Shown in pieces: positions 39,547 through 48,479 of a stretch of DNA of 64,000 nt; position 1 is the stretch's first letter; every line of letters begins with the position of its first letter. This stretch comes from Candidatus Bathyarchaeota archaeon. GTDB lineage: Archaea; Thermoproteota; Bathyarchaeia; Bathyarchaeales; Bathycorpusculaceae. The notes beneath the pieces are model-generated. The model was not told the DNA's origin, did not search any database, and worked only from the letters and a program-made list of their open reading frames with translations. The stretch lies in NCBI GenBank assembly GCA_963777155.1, contig CAVZPM010000001.1, forward strand, positions 32,001 to 96,000, in the 5' to 3' direction. The translations under genes and the position numbers were made by a program.

Positions 39547-39825
39547 ATGATTAAAGAAGCGTGTATAATTGTTTTAGCTTCATGCTGTATCTTTTCAGTT
39601 ATTCCCCTAGTTTCAGTATTCTTTAATGCTTTGAGTTTATTCTTACCTGTCAGTTTCCTTTTACTTGTTCTATCTTACGCTGTCTATGATGCTAAAAAAT
39701 TGATTGATAATAGAGAATACAATTTGTTGAAGGGGTTTATTCTGTTCCTAGTTATTGCTATTGTGCTATCTATGATTGCAGTCTATTTTATTCTGCCTTA
39801 TACTCTTCCTAAATTTGTACTTTAA
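39547..39825 (+). CDS. Cassette ORF 3: small three-TM membrane protein
   Basis: Hydrophobic ORF filling the space between repeats; TTTATA box and GGGG SD upstream. Confidence 0.7.
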   Translation: MIKEACIIVLASCCIFSVIPLVSVFFNALSLFLPVSFLLLVLSYAVYDAKKLIDNREYNLLKGFILFLVIAIVLSMIAVYFILPYTLPKFVL

Positions 39826-39862
39826 GTTATAAAGCATAACTAATTCATTTTTACATTTTACA

Positions 39863-39921
39863 CTCTAAATATGCTAATCAGCTTTGATAGCCTACAATCA
39901 TTAAGAGCTAGTTTTGAAGAG
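39863..39921 (+). repeat. Cassette repeat, full copy 3
   Basis: CTCTAAATATGCTAATCAGCTTTGATAGCCTACAATCATTAAGAGCTAGTTTTGAAGAG; 40/48 ungapped identity to copy 1. Confidence 0.85.
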
Positions 39922-39964
39922 CATATGTAAAAATAGCAAATCTATTATACTTCAAATAGTTGAA

Positions 39965-40276
39965 ATGAGGAATATGCACAAATTAGGTAAGATTGCAGTA
40001 GTGACTAACATTCTTCTTGCTTTATTATTTGTTTATTCCAATTTTTCACTTTGGAGTTTAGTGAATGCTGAGTATCCTTATCTAATTGCTAGTCATTGGA
40101 GTCCATTAGGAATTAGTGCTCCACACTATGTAATAACTGATGGGAGTTTTGCAATGGTCCAAACTGTCTTTTTGTATTTTAATTTCCCATTCTGGCTATT
40201 CTTTATTTCAATTGCTGTGAACTTATACTTTATACTAAAACTGAGTAAAGAAGCTAAAAGAGATAATATACGCTAA
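39965..40276 (+). CDS. Cassette ORF 4: two-TM membrane protein
   Basis: Two hydrophobic helices; its TAA is the CTAAAT of the next repeat; start 39965 or 39974. Confidence 0.7.
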   Translation: MRNMHKLGKIAVVTNILLALLFVYSNFSLWSLVNAEYPYLIASHWSPLGISAPHYVITDGSFAMVQTVFLYFNFPFWLFFISIAVNLYFILKLSKEAKRDNIR

Positions 40277-40304
40277 ATATGCAATTCAACTTAGGCAGAT
40301 TCCA
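40271..40304 (+). repeat. Cassette repeat, 5' half-copy (right edge of array)
   Basis: CGCTAAATATGCAATTCAACTTAGGCAGATTCCA, 25/34 identity to copy 1, after which similarity ends. Confidence 0.7.
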
Positions 40305-40597
40305 CATATCCATCCTATAAACAAAGGAGATTGCCTGAAGGTATGATGCTTTCCAATACCCAAGTTTCTTCAGCCCCCTTTCTTATGAGGACAAAAAACT
40401 TATCCAAAGAAGTTATCCTAAAAACTGAAGACTTGTGGGTTCTAACCATATCCCATTTGAAGTTTTCTACCTTCAGCATACTGGCGAACATGGTTTTGTT
40501 CAAAATAAATTTCAAGACCGTCCTCTTAAGCTAAGGTTCAGGATCAACATTGCTCAGAGGATAGTAGTTAAATGATTTTTTCATTTGAGAATAAATA

Positions 40598-40620
40598 AAG
40601 GCTTTTTTAAAAAAAGCCTT
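40598..40620. terminator. Palindromic T/A-tract, probable terminator of the ferritin-like gene
   Basis: AAGGCTTTTTT-A-AAAAAAGCCTT directly at the stop codon. Confidence 0.5.
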
Positions 40621-41077
40621 AAGGGAAGCCTGTTATCAGGTCATACAAGTAGGCGTCCCATTCGGTTGATTCTTTATTAAGAATCTCTAAAACTTCTTTT
40701 AGAACCCTGTGATGTTTCTTCTCATCTTCCAATATATTAAGAATAAGTTGTTTAATCTTCTTGTCCTTTACAACTTCACTAATGTCTTTTGTTTGCTTTA
40801 GCATTTGGGCTTCTTCTTTAATGTGGACTGCAAGTTCTTTTTGTCCAATATCTTTACTTTCGGTGCCAATTAGTGCACTTGAGTTCAGGTCTATGAGCAT
40901 TTGATAAGTATCTGAGTGTTTCTTGGTGTCAAGAATTAGACTATGTATAAACAGTTTTATGATTGGGTTTTTTGATGATTCATACAATGGGGTTAGTTTT
41001 TTAGCGGTTTGGTCTTCAAACTCTTTTTGTTTCTTGATTTTTAAAAGTGCGTCTTCTTCCAATATTTTCCAGGACAA
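40619..41077 (-). CDS. Ferritin-like (rubrerythrin-type) protein
   Basis: Duplicated helices with DTKKH and DEKKHH motifs. Confidence 0.8.
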   Translation of the reverse strand: MSWKILEEDALLKIKKQKEFEDQTAKKLTPLYESSKNPIIKLFIHSLILDTKKHSDTYQMLIDLNSSALIGTESKDIGQKELAVHIKEEAQMLKQTKDISEVVKDKKIKQLILNILEDEKKHHRVLKEVLEILNKESTEWDAYLYDLITGFP

Positions 41078-41515
41078 AGAGATTCCTCATGAATGTTCAA
41101 GAACAATTTACTATTTAACTTTTTTAATAACCTCAATTCCCAATTTGGGCAAGAAGATTGTTAATTAGTATTTGTTGTCTTTTTATTTGCTCTGCAGATC
41201 TTATGTCTTAGCACCTTCGTATGGTACTTTTTCATAATTGTACTTGGCTAAATATTGTATGGCATTTTTGCTGTGTGAAAATGGGGTAAAGTAATGCTTG
41301 CACCCAGATAGGAGAAAAGTGAAGGTGGAGATAGATGCAAGCATCACACCATTTTTTCCCTAAACAATAACCAAACGCTTTCTCCACTTAACATTTTTTG
41401 AGAAGACAACTTCACTGTTTTGCAAAGAAGAAAGGGAAAAAGTTAGAGGAAAATTTTCTTTAGTTGCCTTATATAGAAATCAGATCTTACGCCTCAATCT
41501 CGTCTTGGAAACTCG

Positions 41516-41905
41516 TTAGTGGTTTGAGTTAAACAAGGGACTGGAGATTATCATGTCTGCTGTGGCTCTATTGCAGGCAGTCGGAATATTATACAAGACT
41601 GCCAATCTAAGAACTGCTTTAACATCAACGTCGTGAGGCTGAGACTCCAATGGGTCCCAAAAGAATATCAATATATCTAGTTTCTCATTGGCAATCATAG
41701 CTCCCAGCTCCATGTCTCCACCAAAAGGTCCGCTCTTTAACAGGTTTATCTTCAAATTTGTATTCTCAATTATCTTCTTGCCTGTTGTTCCTGTTGCGTA
41801 AAGGCAATAGTGGGATAGAGTTCCTTTGTTGAAATCACACCACTCAACCAAATCCTTTTTCTTGTTATCATGAGCTACAAGCGCAATGGTTTTCATAATT
41901 TTCAA
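41516..41905 (-). CDS. mgsA: Methylglyoxal synthase
   Basis: IALVAHDNKK, ATGTTG, SGPFGGD, FFWDP, PHDVDVKAVLRLA, ACNRATAD. Confidence 0.95.
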   Translation of the reverse strand: MKIMKTIALVAHDNKKKDLVEWCDFNKGTLSHYCLYATGTTGKKIIENTNLKINLLKSGPFGGDMELGAMIANEKLDILIFFWDPLESQPHDVDVKAVLRLAVLYNIPTACNRATADMIISSPLFNSNH

Positions 41906-42241
41906 TTCCAGTGTGTTTTAAACCAACACAAATCTTAATGACGCGTCGAATAAAAACATGTATTGAATTTGTTTTCAAGGTTATTCCAAGAACTGAAAAT
42001 ATGCCTTAAAATTCTCTGAACACTTGAGTTCACTAAATTATTTGGAGCTAGAAAAGCATTGAATACAGTTAAGACATGGTTGAGAATGATTAGAATTAGT
42101 GCTGTTTTCTTAGTTACTTCTTACCTTTGCTACCTTTTCTTTGTTCACTGAATCAAGCGATTTCCCGGAATTACCTATCTCATGATGCAAAAACTTAAAA
42201 CTCATAATATATAGCATATTGAGTAAGGGAATCAAAAAGAA

Positions 42242-42418
42242 ATGATGAAGCAAATAGTCACCATAAGTTATTTTGTTTTGGCCGTTCTATTAGCCGCAAT
42301 TGCATTTAGAGGCTTTATGAGTGACCTTCTTGTTGCATTGACAATAGGGGTTATCGTTTTCATAGTTGTTATAATTGTTGGTTATTACTTTACTAAAAAA
42401 TTATTAGATTCAGATTAG
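42242..42418 (+). CDS. Small two-TM protein (58 aa, not in track)
   Basis: MMKQIVTISYFVLAVLLAAIAFRGFMSDLLVALTIGVIVFIVVIIVGYYFTKKLLDSD. Confidence 0.6.
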   Translation: MMKQIVTISYFVLAVLLAAIAFRGFMSDLLVALTIGVIVFIVVIIVGYYFTKKLLDSD

Positions 42419-42535
42419 TTCCTATAACCTTTAATTTGCACTAACTTGAAAAATTATCCGTGAGTTTCTTGTTTATAAGATGGAAGAGTATATCTTGCTG
42501 AAGGTTTACGCTTATTGAATAGTTAGGTTAGAAAG

Positions 42536-42817
42536 ATGAGTTCAGGAAAAGAGAGAAAAAAAATTCCCGGTAGCAGAATGAAAATCCTAACTAAAGACGC
42601 CAAACAGATGGTAAACGGGCCATATTATTGTCCAAAATGCAGAAAGGAACTGCTTCAGATTTGTGCTGACCTAAAAAAGAAAGAGGTTTATGCAATCTGC
42701 AAATGTGGACTTGAGTGGCCTCTGACTTATGCGCCTGTTTTTCAACCTATCGATTACTACAACAAATTCCGTGATGCATGGAAAAAACAGAGTTACGGTA
42801 TAATCAAGCAAAAATAA
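42536..42817 (+). CDS. Elf1-like zinc-ribbon protein
   Basis: Basic N-terminus, YCPKC...CKCGL, then PIDYYNKFRD resembling the Elf1 C-terminal helix. Confidence 0.65.
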   Translation: MSSGKERKKIPGSRMKILTKDAKQMVNGPYYCPKCRKELLQICADLKKKEVYAICKCGLEWPLTYAPVFQPIDYYNKFRDAWKKQSYGIIKQK

Positions 42818-43412
42818 ACCCGTCACTTCAACTTTCCCATTCTGATTGGACAAAACAAATTATCTATACGCATGAACTTATCCGTTTTACCAAATGGAGA
42901 AAACGCTTTGATGAGGAGAAACTTGACTTTAGTCGTAGACTACTGATTTGGGGAACCCTTGCGCTTCTCGGATGGGTTTTTTAGCATTCTTTACTTGTGT
43001 TGTTCTACACTTTCCTTTATAGTTGGTTTTATCTGGTTTTCTTAGCCTTCGAAATCTGCGTTATCCTGCGGGGGGCTTGGCTGCAACAGTTGTTATCAAT
43101 GCAAAGGTGCACGAGTGGTTTTGGCAGGTTGGCAGGGGTATTTTTCGGGAGAGAATATGTGAAAAAGGAAAGTGTGAGTAACAGGATTGGATTGGTCCTT
43201 TGTCTATGTGTTGCTATTTGTGCTTCCAACTGTGTTGATGCCTGTTTCACTTGTAACCTCGGTTTCTTACATCAAAGTGTTGGGTTTTACTTGTCTTTTC
43301 GCTATAACGGTTTATAGCTTAGCCAATTGGTCTAAGTGTTCAACAGTAACCAAGAAATCCTGATTTGGGACAAGTTTTAAACCATAGACTGCAAATTATT
43401 TCCAACATCAAA

Positions 43413-44552
43413 ATGGTTAAGTTGGGTAGACTTTTGCTGAAACAAAAACCATATGGACTAACAGTTATCGTAATTTTAATGCTATTAGTGTCTGCCTCTG
43501 TAACTTTTCCTCTTAAAACGTCTGCGCAGACCAATAGTTATTATGATAAATCGTTCGCCTGGGATTATAAGGGTCAACATTGGACATGGAACCTTAGCAT
43601 TCCAATAGACCTATACAACGCCTACAAATCGGTTCCCATTTCCACTCGAACAAGAGATGGACCAGCAGGTTACGGTTTCTGCACAACAACCAAAGATTCC
43701 TATGTGTTAAGTTTAGCTAAAGAGTTGAATGACACTGCAAACGAACTTGGATACAATTCTTTCGATACAATTAGTTTTGCATTGTCTTTTGTCCAAAGTT
43801 TACCCTATACATCTGATTCAGTGACGACAGGGCATGATGAATACCCACGGTTCCCCATTGAGACTTTGGTGGACGACGGCGGGGACTGCGAGGACACATC
43901 CATACTATTTGCGACTTTAACTCTTATTATGGGCTATGGCACAGTGTACATTAATCCTCCAGACCATTATGCCGTAGGCATCTTGGGAAACAACCTTCAT
44001 GGCACCTACTGGACCTACCCCGAAGGCTCCAACAAAACATACTATTACTGCGAAACCACTGGGGATGGTTTTATGATTGGGCAGTTGCCAGATGAATTCC
44101 AGGGAAAAAGCGCCTACATCTACCCAATTGATGAAACCAGACAGTATATAACCACTGTAACGGTCCTTCCTCCAATTACGCCAAGCCCAACAGATTCGCC
44201 TGTTACTACTCTGCCGAACCAGACAACTCAACCAACCCCCAACGATTCGACGTCTCCTTCAATCCCGGGACCAAGTGTTGAGCCAGTTCTGCCGTTATCT
44301 TTCAACTTAATCTCAGACAACCCGCTGTTATTTATTCTAATAATGTTTGCAATCGTTATTTCGATTGGAATCGCGGTCTGGTCGGTGAGAAAACCAAAGC
44401 TGTTGCCGGTGGAAGCTCCTTTGGTTATTGAACCGAGCAATCCGCCAGTAGCATCCGCTGAATTGGGGAATAACAAGTTCTGTATCTATTGCGGTTCAAA
44501 CAACAAAACATATGCTGCATTCTGCGAGAAATGCGGAAAACAAATAGGCTAA
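43413..44552 (+). CDS. Exported transglutaminase-like (papain-fold) protein with TM anchor and C-terminal zinc ribbon
   Basis: Signal peptide, FVQSLPY, GDCEDTSIL, HYAVG, YYCETT, PT linker, TM, CIYCG...CEKCG. Confidence 0.8.
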   Translation: MVKLGRLLLKQKPYGLTVIVILMLLVSASVTFPLKTSAQTNSYYDKSFAWDYKGQHWTWNLSIPIDLYNAYKSVPISTRTRDGPAGYGFCTTTKDSYVLSLAKELNDTANELGYNSFDTISFALSFVQSLPYTSDSVTTGHDEYPRFPIETLVDDGGDCEDTSILFATLTLIMGYGTVYINPPDHYAVGILGNNLHGTYWTYPEGSNKTYYYCETTGDGFMIGQLPDEFQGKSAYIYPIDETRQYITTVTVLPPITPSPTDSPVTTLPNQTTQPTPNDSTSPSIPGPSVEPVLPLSFNLISDNPLLFILIMFAIVISIGIAVWSVRKPKLLPVEAPLVIEPSNPPVASAELGNNKFCIYCGSNNKTYAAFCEKCGKQIG

Positions 44553-44556
44553 CTCT

Positions 44557-45084
44557 TTAGCCTAATTGATTCAAAACATCTCTTGTGAACATATCTATCT
44601 TATAATGCACATAAATTACAATAGCAGCTTCAAGAAATATTATAGCCGAAAGGAAAACTGCAAGAGCCCACGTTAAACTTATGAATGCTTGAGCAACAGC
44701 TGAATCCACGTTACTGCCAACCATTACTAGCCAGCTCCAAAAACTGGACTGATGTGTAGCTAACACCGTATTTAGGTCGGTAGCCATCCACACACATAGA
44801 CCCACAAGGATAAAGGCGAATGCACAACCGACTAAAGTTATATTTTTCCAGTCAGGAGCGAGCCGCGAAGAACAACGCACCATTGCTCCATCATTATTTG
44901 GTTGCAAATTTATTTTAACAATTTTTTTTGCTGTCTTGGGTGTTACTCCCCAAAGCGAACCCTGCCTGAGACAGATTTGCTTGGGCGGCTCCTCAGATAG
45001 CACTCTGTAACCCTTCTCAACCAGGGTAGCTTTCAATTTTGGAAACGCTTCTTCAATTTTCAAATTGACCGTTCGCTCAAGCAA
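44557..45084 (-). CDS. Hypothetical membrane protein
   Basis: Soluble N-domain (QGSLWG) plus two TM helices. Confidence 0.7.
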   Translation of the reverse strand: MLERTVNLKIEEAFPKLKATLVEKGYRVLSEEPPKQICLRQGSLWGVTPKTAKKIVKINLQPNNDGAMVRCSSRLAPDWKNITLVGCAFAFILVGLCVWMATDLNTVLATHQSSFWSWLVMVGSNVDSAVAQAFISLTWALAVFLSAIIFLEAAIVIYVHYKIDMFTRDVLNQLG

Positions 45085-45116
45085 AAGAACACCGCAATTC
45101 CATAAGCAAACGGTTG

Positions 45117-45776
45117 CTATTTTGGCTTTTCATCGTTTTTGTAGAGTCGCTTCTGATATTGAGTCGACTTAAACTTAAGACCCCTGACAGGTTGGCGTGG
45201 TAGGGTTCGTTGTCGTTCAAGGTTCTTGATTCTTGCGTAGAGTTTTGATACTTTGGTTTTTGATGGAATCTTTGACTTAGGTCTATGGACCGGTACTGGC
45301 GTGAAGGGTTGGGTTATTTCAAGTTTTTTCTGCTTCGATTTTTTGAATGCGACATTACGCACTTTCTTGAATACAACATAGCCCTCTTTGAGGTTAACCT
45401 CCTGTACATCCCAGCCTGCATCTAGCCAAGCCTTCGCGTGAATACTTGAGGATGTGTTGCTCCACCAGGAAACATCTCGGTACGCGGCCATAGGAAGGTT
45501 ACTGCCGATTAACCCATCAATACGCGCGAATGTAAGCTTAACAGTATTAGTGAATGCAGATCTAAACTTTAAGTGACCCTCAAGTCCAGCCCACTTCGAG
45601 ACTATCCTTGGCGAAACTATTCGTCTAGCGCAATGAAGACAAAGCATTGCGTTTGTATCGCCAGTTGCAACGTCAGGCGTCATGCAATCTCGGCAGAACA
45701 GTTTTTTGCAGCGTTGACACTGCCGCATGTACGTTGTGCGCATAACTCTGCCGCATATTCCACATTCATCCTTCAT
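45117..45776 (-). CDS. Zinc-finger plus DUF7662-like domain protein with basic tail
   Basis: Four CxxC pairs; LTFARIDGLIG..LP..A...WWSN...AWLDAGW.V. Confidence 0.75.
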   Translation of the reverse strand: MKDECGICGRVMRTTYMRQCQRCKKLFCRDCMTPDVATGDTNAMLCLHCARRIVSPRIVSKWAGLEGHLKFRSAFTNTVKLTFARIDGLIGSNLPMAAYRDVSWWSNTSSSIHAKAWLDAGWDVQEVNLKEGYVVFKKVRNVAFKKSKQKKLEITQPFTPVPVHRPKSKIPSKTKVSKLYARIKNLERQRTLPRQPVRGLKFKSTQYQKRLYKNDEKPK

Positions 45777-45917
45777 AACGTCTAACCCTCAAGTGAGAGC
45801 GAAAATCATTATACTAACTGTTTTTTAGGGATATTAATTTTCATTGGGTTAAACGCGTTTTGCGGTCAGAGTAGATATTTTGTGAAAAATGCCTCTTCCG
45901 ACAGCCCGAAAAGGCGT

Positions 45918-47396
45918 TTAGCCTTTTACGACTGCCAGCGGGACCAGCCTTGCAACTTTGGTGGCAATTCCCACTTTGTCGCTGACGTCCGCCACGATGT
46001 CAACGTTCTTGTATGCTGGGTCAGCTTCTTCAGCCAACACCGAAGCACTTGCCGCGCGAACCACAATGCCCCGTTTCTCTAAACCCGTCTTTATGTCGCC
46101 GCCCCAATACTGTCGCTTTGCTGCTGAACGACTCATCATTCTGCCTGCACCATGCGCTGTAGACCCAAATGTCAGATCCATAGCTTTCTGAGAACCAACC
46201 AAAATCCAGGAACTTGTGCCCATGCTGCCTGGAATAAGCACAGGTTGCCCTTCGCTGCGATAATCATCTGGAACGTCGGCGTGACCAGCTGGGAAAGCCC
46301 GTGTTGCACCTTTACGGTGAACCCAAACTTTCTTTTGGACGCCGTCGATGTTGTGGGTTTCAACCTTTGCGATATTATGAGCAACATCGTAAACGAGTTT
46401 TAAGCCGAATTTCTCTGCATTTTGCCCATAAACTTGCTGGAAACTTTGTCGAACCCAGTGCATAATCGCCTGGCGATTTGCGAATGCATAGTTGACGGCG
46501 CACGCCATCGCCTCGATATAGTCGCGTGCTTCAGGGCTGTTTCCGGGAGCACAGGCTAATTCGCGGTCAGGCAGGGCTATTTTGTATTTCTGAACTGCAT
46601 GCTCCATGACTCTTAGATAGTCTGAGCAGACTTGGTGGCCATATCCTCTAGATCCACAGTGGATCATAACGGTAACTTGACCTTCACCCGTAATTCCGAA
46701 GGCTTTTGCTGTTTTTTGGTTGAAGATTTTGTCAACTTTCTGGATTTCTAGGAAGTGATTGCCTGAACCCAGAGTGCCGATTTGGGTTAAGCCGCGGTTT
46801 TTAGCAGTGTTTGAAACCTTGTCGGGGTTGGCGTTTTTCATGTGTCCATTTTCTTCGCAGTGCTCTGCGTCTCCTTCCCAGCCTAATCCTCGGTCGATAA
46901 GCCACTGTACACCTTCAGCTGCTAATGTTTCTAAGTCTCGTGGGGATATGGTGAAGTCTTTTCTGCGGCTACCCAGCCCTGAAGGGACGTTGCGGAAAAT
47001 TGTTTCTGCTAAGAGTGCTAGCTTTGGACGTACATCTTTTTCCGTGAGTGTTGTTGATAGCAGGCGTACTCCGCAGTTAATGTCGTAGCCGACTCCGCCT
47101 GGACTAATTACTCCGTTTTCGTAGTCTGTTGCTGCCACGCCACCTATGGGAAAACCGTATCCCTCATGACCGTCAGGAAGCGTAATTGCATGCTTGTAGA
47201 TGCCTGGCAACTGCGCTACGTTTGAGCATTGCCAAAGTGTGCGGTCAGTCTGCATCTTCTCAAGTAGCACTTGGTTAGCAAAAATCATGCCTGGAACCTT
47301 CATCTCAGGCTTGTACTTGGGAATCTGCCACATGTAATCGTTAACTTTCTCTAACGGAATCCGCTCAGGAGCGGCTCTGCTTTCACTTTCACCCAA
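45918..47396 (-). CDS. rtcB: tRNA-splicing ligase RtcB
   Basis: PDGHEGYGFPIG, GYDINCG, LGSGNHFLE, HCGSRG, HRKGAT, HGAGR. Confidence 0.97.
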   Translation of the reverse strand: MGESESRAAPERIPLEKVNDYMWQIPKYKPEMKVPGMIFANQVLLEKMQTDRTLWQCSNVAQLPGIYKHAITLPDGHEGYGFPIGGVAATDYENGVISPGGVGYDINCGVRLLSTTLTEKDVRPKLALLAETIFRNVPSGLGSRRKDFTISPRDLETLAAEGVQWLIDRGLGWEGDAEHCEENGHMKNANPDKVSNTAKNRGLTQIGTLGSGNHFLEIQKVDKIFNQKTAKAFGITGEGQVTVMIHCGSRGYGHQVCSDYLRVMEHAVQKYKIALPDRELACAPGNSPEARDYIEAMACAVNYAFANRQAIMHWVRQSFQQVYGQNAEKFGLKLVYDVAHNIAKVETHNIDGVQKKVWVHRKGATRAFPAGHADVPDDYRSEGQPVLIPGSMGTSSWILVGSQKAMDLTFGSTAHGAGRMMSRSAAKRQYWGGDIKTGLEKRGIVVRAASASVLAEEADPAYKNVDIVADVSDKVGIATKVARLVPLAVVKG

Positions 47397-47442
47397 AACT
47401 CTTCACCGTTGGAACAAAAAGTTTAGCGAGGTTATAAAACAT

Positions 47443-48363
47443 TTATGATTTAGTTATCGCAAGTTTTTGTTTGCTGTAATCAATGAATCCTCGAACACAG
47501 TTTTCCAGCATCGTTTTTGAATAAATCCTATGAGCTTTCACATATCCAATTATCTGATTCATTACTTTGTCCTCTTGAACTATTCTGTTACGAATTTCCT
47601 CTAGACTCTGATTCTTCTTAACACCATCCTCCGCTATGTCTGCCCAAAGCTGCAGCTGAACCTTATAGTCTTTGAGGCGATTTACCGCATCAGTGGCTTT
47701 TCCGAAATGACTAAAGTAAAGAACTGTTGGGTTTAAGCTGATTAGTTTATCCAAAGAAGCCAATGCGGCGTCAAGATGGAAAGGCGGAGGCGTAGTGGGC
47801 ACAATGACATCGAATAATGGAAGGTAGGTGCCGGCGGCGTCTCCTGGAAAAACTCCTCCGTTAAACGATTCTTGGAAACCCAAATTATGGGAAGCGTGAC
47901 CAAGCGTTTCTATGACAGTCAATTTGCCGCCGTATCCCAAATCGAAAGTGCCCTCTGTTATCGGGATTAGCCGTTCTATCGGGACAGGTTCAGGTTTGCC
48001 GAAAATATCGCTTATGAACCCGAGGACTGACTGGGAAGAGGGCCAGAGGCGTTCTGGGTCCACAATATGTGTTGCCCCACGTGGGTGAACGATAAGTTTG
48101 GCGTTTGGTAGTGACTTTAGAAGTGTCCCTGCACCGCCTCCATGGTCAAGATGGACATGGGTGACAGCTACATACTGGATGTCATCAAAGTTGATGTTTA
48201 GTTCCTTTAAGCCAGAGAGCAGATTTGGAACCGAAGATGTTGGTCCAGACTCGACCAGAAAGGGTTTTTCGCCAGTAATGATATAGCTACAGATTAAATG
48301 TTCAAAGCCGCCGGTCTTCAACTCCACCATATACAGGTTTTTTCCAACTTGTTTAGTATGCAA
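47443..48363 (-). CDS. MBL-fold metallo-hydrolase
   Basis: THVHLDHGGG, GHASH, GDAAG, SHFG. Confidence 0.92.
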   Translation of the reverse strand: MHTKQVGKNLYMVELKTGGFEHLICSYIITGEKPFLVESGPTSSVPNLLSGLKELNINFDDIQYVAVTHVHLDHGGGAGTLLKSLPNAKLIVHPRGATHIVDPERLWPSSQSVLGFISDIFGKPEPVPIERLIPITEGTFDLGYGGKLTVIETLGHASHNLGFQESFNGGVFPGDAAGTYLPLFDVIVPTTPPPFHLDAALASLDKLISLNPTVLYFSHFGKATDAVNRLKDYKVQLQLWADIAEDGVKKNQSLEEIRNRIVQEDKVMNQIIGYVKAHRIYSKTMLENCVRGFIDYSKQKLAITKS

Positions 48364-48479
48364 CCGTTACACCTTTGTGTAGTTGTTTAGTGTCTTGTAA
48401 TAATCATAAATATTACCCAACAATAAAACTTAATTATGTATCTCTAATGTAAGAAAGAGACTAAACAGGAGAAAATAAC

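Larger units (their letters stand above)
38005..43300. mobile_element. AT-rich tRNA-linked genomic island (boundaries approximate)
   Basis: Visibly AT-richer than flanks, low coding density, orphan membrane ORFs, repeat array, bacterial-type mgsA; no att duplicate found by eye. Confidence 0.6.

Noticed and set aside
38361-40304. Repeats as a CRISPR array
   Set aside because: Units are ~58 bp and diverged, intervals are 350-500 bp and each holds an ORF; no cas genes in the window.
38361-40304. Canonical integron with intI and standard attC sites
   Set aside because: No tyrosine recombinase in the window and the paired ends lack RYYYAAC/GTTRRRY; kept only as integron-like.
40315-40534. Two overlapping 66-67 aa ORFs after the array
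   Set aside because: No recognisable motifs on either strand; likely decayed sequence.
42778-43317. ORFs 42778-42984, 42997-43317 and 43029-43250
   Set aside because: No motifs and conflicting strands; cannot support any as a gene.
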